64,000 nt of DNA from Candidatus Omnitrophota bacterium (GTDB lineage: Bacteria > Omnitrophota > Gorgyraeia > Gygaellales > Profunditerraquicolaceae). A program made the translations under genes and the position numbers. The stretch lies in NCBI GenBank assembly GCA_022710715.1, contig JAKLGJ010000001.1:298041-362040 (forward strand), written 5' to 3'. Each line of letters starts with the position of its first letter. The stretch's first letter is position 1. This document shows, in pieces, positions 59,384-64,000 of the stretch. Under the pieces are notes generated by a model, which had not been told where the DNA came from, did not search any database, and saw only the letters and a program-made list of their open reading frames with translations.

Positions 59384-59404
59384 TCGGACCTATGCACTGA
59401 AAAA

Positions 59405-59438
59405 GCCCCTGGGAGAGAAATCTCCCGGGGGTTTTTTA
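59405..59438 (+). terminator. Rho-independent terminator
   Basis: CCCCTGGGAGA-GAAA-TCTCCCGGGGG followed by TTTTTT. Confidence 0.7.
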
Positions 59439-59549
59439 TTCCTGCGCGCGGATCTGCGCGCATTCCTCTCAAGCGCGAAAGCGTATGGTTGAGTTAATTA
59501 AGTTGAGGGGTCAAGTGCGCGCGCATTCAGCCGATAAATAATCTATCCT

Positions 59550-61106
59550 ATGGTCTACCTAGCCATCGTTTACCACATGCACCAGCCGTATTACAAGAAT
59601 CTGCTCAACAACCAGACAGACATGCCCTGGGTGCGTTTGCACGGGATCAAGGATTACCTGGACATGCTGCTGCTGGTGCAGCGGTTCCCCAAGGTGCACC
59701 TGACCATCAACATGGTGCCTTCGCTCATGGAGCAGATCGATGATTACGAGAAGGGGCTGGTCAAGGACCGTTTCCTGGATATTTCCGCCAAACCCGCAGC
59801 CGAACTGAACCAGCAGGAAAAAGATTTCGTGATCAATAATTTCTTCATGATCAACAAAGAGCGGGTGATCGCGCGCTATCCGCGTTACTATGAATTGTAT
59901 TTCATGAAAGAGACCCAGCAGCATTTCAGCGCCCAGGATGTGCTGGATCTGCAGGTTTGGTTCAACCTGGCCTGGTTCGACCCGATGTTCACCGAAGATA
60001 TGCCGGAGCTGCGCAAAGTCATGCGCAAGGCCCGCTTCTTCAATGAGCAGGATAAGAAGACCGTGCTTAAAGCGCAGCTGGATATATTGAAACAGATCCT
60101 GCCGGCTTACCGCAAAGCCATAGCCGAAAAGCAGGTGGAGATCACGGTTACGCCGTATTATCATCCCATCCTGCCGTTGTTGTATAACACGCGTTTGCAG
60201 CTGGAAGCCAATCTCAAGAGCACGCTGCCTCCGGTCACTTTTTCCTATCCCGAAGACGCCCGCCAGCAGATCAACATGGCGGTGGAGTATTTCAAGAATA
60301 AATTCGGGGTCCCTCCCGTAGGCATGTGGCCGTCCGAAGAATCGGTCTGCGAGCATATCGTGCCGTACCTGATGCAGGCCGGGATCAAATGGATCGTTAC
60401 CGATGAAGCCATTCTCTTCAAATCGTTGAAGCGCAAGCGCCGAGATACCAGGCTGCTCTATCAGCCGCATGTCCTGCACCGGGAAGAGGGGGATCTCAAT
60501 ATCATTTTCCGCGACCGCAACCTTTCGGATCTGATCGGATTTGTCTATCCCAACTGGCTGGCGCAGGACGCGGTGAACGATTTCATGGGGCACATCGAAA
60601 ATATCTCCAAGGCGTACAAGGGCAAGGATGTTTTCGTAGCTATCGCGTTGGACGGGGAGAACGCCTGGGAATATTACAAGAACGACGGCCACGATTTCCT
60701 GGAAACTCTGTATCAGCGTTTGTCCGACGCGCCGTTCGTGCAGGCGGTAACCCCGAGCGAATATTTCGAGAAGCATCCTCCGACTGCGCAGATCAAACGG
60801 CTTTCCGCCGGCTCCTGGATTTACGGGGAATTCTCGAAGTGGATCAATAACCCCTATAAGAACAAAGGATGGGAGTACCTGACGTATGCCCGCCAGGCTC
60901 TGCAGCGTCAGATCGATGAGAAGCAACCGGTTTCGGATCTGACCTGGAAACAGATGCACGTGGCAGAGGGCAGCGATTGGTACTGGTGGCTGGGGGAGGA
61001 CTACCCCGGTTACTTCGACAGCCTTTTCCGCATGCATCTGTCCAACTTCTACACCATGCTCGGCCGCGACGTCCCCGACTATCTGAAACGCCCCATCTCT
61101 CCCTAA
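59550..61106 (+). CDS. Glycoside hydrolase family 57 (alpha-glucan-active, branching-enzyme- or amylase-like)
   Basis: N-terminus HQPYY...HGIKDYLDM, typical of GH57. Confidence 0.8.
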   Translation: MVYLAIVYHMHQPYYKNLLNNQTDMPWVRLHGIKDYLDMLLLVQRFPKVHLTINMVPSLMEQIDDYEKGLVKDRFLDISAKPAAELNQQEKDFVINNFFMINKERVIARYPRYYELYFMKETQQHFSAQDVLDLQVWFNLAWFDPMFTEDMPELRKVMRKARFFNEQDKKTVLKAQLDILKQILPAYRKAIAEKQVEITVTPYYHPILPLLYNTRLQLEANLKSTLPPVTFSYPEDARQQINMAVEYFKNKFGVPPVGMWPSEESVCEHIVPYLMQAGIKWIVTDEAILFKSLKRKRRDTRLLYQPHVLHREEGDLNIIFRDRNLSDLIGFVYPNWLAQDAVNDFMGHIENISKAYKGKDVFVAIALDGENAWEYYKNDGHDFLETLYQRLSDAPFVQAVTPSEYFEKHPPTAQIKRLSAGSWIYGEFSKWINNPYKNKGWEYLTYARQALQRQIDEKQPVSDLTWKQMHVAEGSDWYWWLGEDYPGYFDSLFRMHLSNFYTMLGRDVPDYLKRPISP

Positions 61107-61185
61107 GGGGACAGGTCCACCCAAAACCCTCCGTCGATAAAATCGTACAGATGTGTCCCCTTTGAGAATTGCTGTGTCCCCTTTT
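61107..61185 (+). repeat. GGGGACA-family repeat copy F
   Basis: AGGGGACAGGTCCACCCAAAACCCTCCGTCGATAAAATCGTACAGATGTGTCCCCTTTGAGAATTGCTGTGTCCCCTTTT immediately after the GH57 stop. Confidence 0.7.
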
Positions 61186-61316
61186 GATCGGCTCGATCTT
61201 GCCCTGTCCGTCGCTTTCGTCTTGCGTTTTAACTGCTTGACAGCATTCGGCTTTTATGTTATAAAAGTATCAAGATATGCTAGTCTTCGTTCCAACCCCA
61301 CAATATTTAGTGTGTC

Positions 61317-61883
61317 ATGGATAAAAAAGATATTTACGAACACTTAGCAAAGATTTACCTCGACAACTCCTCAACCTCCACCGCCAAGAAGAAGCAGGAA
61401 ACCCTTGAAGACTACAGGCTTTTCATCTTTATCGGCATCGCCATCCTGGTGGTGCTGGGGCTGCTTTTCCTGATTCCGTTTTCCCGGCACAAACCCGTTC
61501 GCACAGAGAACCTTATCGTCCTGGCTCCGGACGCGATCCGGCTTTCCTACAATCTGCATCCAGCCAAAAAAGAGATCTATTCTTTCGACCTTCAGAAGGC
61601 CAATCTAAGCAAATTCAACGTGTTAGGGTTTGCCTTGAAAAAAGACCACTACGCTGATACAATATCCTTGCGTGTCGAATTGGTCAATGCTTTCAATGAG
61701 AAATCGGAGATCTATATCAGGGATATCCCTACGACCTGGAAAGAATACAAGATCCTTTTCACCGAGTTCAAGTCCATAAGCAACTGGTCTGAAATGTCTT
61801 CGCTTTCATTTGTGATCGAAGAGTGGAACACCAAGGAAAATTCCGGCGAGATACTGGTGGACAACGTCCGGTTCTTTAAGTAA
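61317..61883 (+). CDS. Hypothetical single-pass membrane protein with a ~120-aa beta-rich extracytoplasmic or cytoplasmic domain (low GC)
   Basis: ORF with one TM helix (LFIFIGIAILVVLGLLFLIPF). No family recognised. Confidence 0.4.
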   Translation: MDKKDIYEHLAKIYLDNSSTSTAKKKQETLEDYRLFIFIGIAILVVLGLLFLIPFSRHKPVRTENLIVLAPDAIRLSYNLHPAKKEIYSFDLQKANLSKFNVLGFALKKDHYADTISLRVELVNAFNEKSEIYIRDIPTTWKEYKILFTEFKSISNWSEMSSLSFVIEEWNTKENSGEILVDNVRFFK

Positions 61884-61916
61884 CACTTTTCCCACCCAAC
61901 ACAAGGAGGAGCCTGT

Positions 61917-63044
61917 ATGCGCATAATCGCCATCGCGAACCAAAAGGGAGGCTGCGGAAAAACCACTACCGCGGTGAATCTGGCTGCCGCACTGGCAGCT
62001 AATGACAAGAAGGTTTTAGTCATAGACCTCGACCCCCAGGCGCATGCTACAGCAGGTTTGAATATCAAGGCGGATCAGAGTATTTACAATGTGCTTTCCA
62101 AGCTCACCCATAAACATTCCACGCTGGCCGATATCATCAAGAACGTGGGACCTAATTTCGACATCGCTCCTTCAAGCATCGTTTTGAGCGCGCTGGAACA
62201 GGAACTTTCCGGTGAGATCGGAAGAGAGTCGCGCCTGTGGGATACGCTGCAGGAATTTAAGGGCACCTACGATTACGTGTTGATCGATTGCCCTCCGAAT
62301 TTAGGCTTGTTGACCATCAACGCCATCCGGGCCACGGATGAGATCCTTATTCCGGTGGAAGCCAGCCGGTTCGCCATTTCCGGTATCAGCCAGTTAACCG
62401 ATATCATCAATCTGGTGCGCGACCGTTTGAACCATCTGGTTACTTTCCGGGTGCTGGTGGTGAATTTCGATTCCCGGCTGCGTCATTCATTCACCATGCT
62501 GGATGTGATCAAGAACACCTTCAAGAACCGCATGTTCGGGACCATCGTGCACGTTAACGTCAAGCTCAAGGAAGCCCAGAACAACGGCACGCACATTTTC
62601 CTGTATGACAAATACTGCCGCGGCGCCAAAGATTATTACAGCCTTTCGCGCGAAATGATCACCATGGATAAGGGCGGCATGGTCGATGTCACTCCGGCAA
62701 CGCGCACGCGGGCCAAGCCGATCGTGACCATGGACACTCTGGAAAAGAAGATGGAAACGATCCTGAAGGAAGAGCTGCCCAAGATCAAGCTGAAAGAAGT
62801 GCTGCTTACGCTCAAGGCCCAGGACGCCAAAGACGTGTTTGTGGCCGGCGATTTCAACGGCTGGAAGACCGACGCCAGCTCGCGCATGGAATTAAAAGAC
62901 GGCACCTGGCGCAAGAAGATCAGCCTGGCCCAGGGCAAATACCATTATCGTTTTGTCAAGGACGGGGACTGGGTCGAAGATCCGGATAATCCGCAAAAAG
63001 AGATGAATCCTTACGGACAGATGGACTCGCTTATCGAGGTGTAA
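61917..63044 (+). CDS. ParA/MinD-family deviant Walker A ATPase fused to a C-terminal CBM48 / AMPK-beta-type glycogen-binding domain
   Basis: N-terminus IAIANQKGGCGKTTTAVNLAAALA (KGGxGKT deviant Walker A), a ParA-like core of about 250 aa, a linker, then VFVAGDFNGWKTDASSRMELKDGTWRKKISLAQGKYHYRFVKDGDWVEDPDNP (GBD/CBM48 hallmark). Confidence 0.75.
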   Translation: MRIIAIANQKGGCGKTTTAVNLAAALAANDKKVLVIDLDPQAHATAGLNIKADQSIYNVLSKLTHKHSTLADIIKNVGPNFDIAPSSIVLSALEQELSGEIGRESRLWDTLQEFKGTYDYVLIDCPPNLGLLTINAIRATDEILIPVEASRFAISGISQLTDIINLVRDRLNHLVTFRVLVVNFDSRLRHSFTMLDVIKNTFKNRMFGTIVHVNVKLKEAQNNGTHIFLYDKYCRGAKDYYSLSREMITMDKGGMVDVTPATRTRAKPIVTMDTLEKKMETILKEELPKIKLKEVLLTLKAQDAKDVFVAGDFNGWKTDASSRMELKDGTWRKKISLAQGKYHYRFVKDGDWVEDPDNPQKEMNPYGQMDSLIEV

Positions 63045-63045
63045 G

Positions 63046-63510
63046 ATGGTGAAGAAAAAAGCCAAGAAACCAGCGAAGAAATCGATCAAGAAAAAAGTGG
63101 TGAAGAAGAAACCTGCAGCGAAGAAAAAACCGGTAGCGAAGAAGAAACTTGCACGCAAGCCGGTAAAGAAACTTACGGTAAAGAAGAAACCGGCGGTGAA
63201 GAAGAAGCTGCTGGCGGCCAGGAAAAAGCCGACAGCCCAGAAGCGGCCCGCGCTCAAGAAATACGAGGGCATTCTGGTCGGCGAGATCACTCATTATTTC
63301 CCGCATGTCAACGCGGCAGTGGTGAAACTGAAAGTGCCTCTGTCGGTGGGGGAGATGATCAAAGTTAAAGGCCACACCACGGACTTCACCCAGAAAGTTA
63401 CTTCCATACAGATCGATCGCACCGCATTGCCGCAGGCCAAACCCGGCGATGAGATCGGCTTACAGGTCGGCTCGCGGGTGCGTCGCGGCGACGTGGTCAC
63501 CAAGCTATAA
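63046..63510 (+). CDS. Lysine-rich, histone-H1-like KKP/AKK-repeat protein with a C-terminal ~80-aa beta-barrel-like domain. Its start overlaps the ParA-CBM48 stop.
   Basis: N-terminal 80 aa are about 50% Lys with a K-K-K-P-A/V periodicity. C-terminus YEGILVGEITHYFPHVNAAVVKLKVPLSVGEMIKVKGHTTDF...GDEIGLQVGSRVRRGDVV. Confidence 0.55.
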   Translation: MVKKKAKKPAKKSIKKKVVKKKPAAKKKPVAKKKLARKPVKKLTVKKKPAVKKKLLAARKKPTAQKRPALKKYEGILVGEITHYFPHVNAAVVKLKVPLSVGEMIKVKGHTTDFTQKVTSIQIDRTALPQAKPGDEIGLQVGSRVRRGDVVTKL

Positions 63511-63557
63511 GTTATACACAGGCAGTCCCGGACGCCCTGTGCATAACTCGCATTGTG

Positions 63558-63594
63558 GAAACCCGGTTTATTACACAAACCGGGTTTCTTCTTT
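63558..63594 (+). terminator. Rho-independent terminator
   Basis: GAAACCCGGTTT-ATTACAC-AAACCGGGTTTC followed by TTCTTT. Confidence 0.6.
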
Positions 63595-63921
63595 AATCCG
63601 CGATTATCCGCGAAACATTGTTTACAATCAAAAACACCGTATTTTAAACTTATTATTCGCAATAAGTTGCAACAGCGTTCTCGTTTCTTCTTACGAGAAA
63701 GCGTTTTCAGCAAAGTTGCGCAATCGCAACAAGCCATCAAATTCCCATCCTAATTATCCTCTTCGTCCGTCAGGCCGCGCGTGCTCTAAATATCTGTAGT
63801 ATAGTAATTTACATTTATGTTTTAAAATACTTCTGCTCGTCCATATTGTTGGCATGCTTCCTGCTACATATACCACTGTCCCGGAACAAATATGACACAC
63901 TAGGACATAATAGGACAAATA

Positions 63922-63949
63922 TAGACAAAATCGGTCAAGCTGGTATAAT
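63922..63949 (+). promoter_or_regulatory. Putative promoter (TAGACA-N16-TATAAT) ahead of an RBS (AGGAGAGAGA) and a gene start that runs off the window end
   Basis: TATAAT at 63944-63949. Downstream GTG/ATG at 63981-63990. Confidence 0.3.
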
Positions 63950-64000
63950 AAAGAGACGTACTTTAACAGGAGAGAGAAAAGTGTCTAATGGCAGAATGAC

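Overview
This looks like a roughly 60% GC bacterial chromosomal segment carrying about 65 protein genes. All but one run on the + strand, tightly packed with many 4-20 nt overlaps, which implies long operon-like arrays. Housekeeping genes dominate: dnaE, guaA, hisS, aspS, glyQS, ppdK, accBC, efp, rpsU, thiC, aroB/aroQ, panB/panE, recO, ybeY/phoH, a PolX polymerase, a sigma-70 factor and apt. Two tRNAs are clear from the sequence: tRNA-Gly(CCC) at 19817..19887 and tRNA-Arg(CCT) at 56988..57061.

Three dispersed intergenic repeat families are embedded among these genes. (1) A GGGGACGTTCCCCAAGGTACCACCCCTG palindrome occurs at four sites. Two inverted copies flank a low-GC gene for a REP-associated tyrosine transposase (RAYT). 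(2) An ~80-nt element with one forward and two inverted GGGGACA units occurs six times, always just after a stop codon. (3) A ~150-nt element occurs twice. Its core is conserved, but the sequences of its outer and inner stems differ between copies while still pairing. That covariation suggests a structured ncRNA.

The most unusual protein-coding content is the 3' cluster at 59550..63510. It runs: GH57 alpha-glucan enzyme, a low-GC single-pass membrane protein, a ParA/MinD-type ATPase fused to a C-terminal CBM48/AMPK-beta glycogen-binding domain, and a translationally coupled lysine-rich (histone-H1-like KKP-repeat) protein with a beta-barrel tail. I interpret this as a candidate ParA-type positioning or segregation system for glycogen granules.

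Other notable loci:
- An AmmeMemoRadiSam locus (3111..6319) has a leaderless promoter. Its MEMO1 and AMMECR1 components are fused, and both the radical SAM protein and the fusion protein carry Sec-signal-like N-termini. A CcdA-like membrane protein follows, and a second MEMO1 paralog sits at 9642..10469.
- A soluble MgtE-N/CBS protein is translationally coupled to an Nramp transporter.
- A 969-aa HEAT-repeat protein with an internal duplication sits at the window start and may be 5'-truncated.
- tRNA-Gly overlaps the last 21 nt of thiC.
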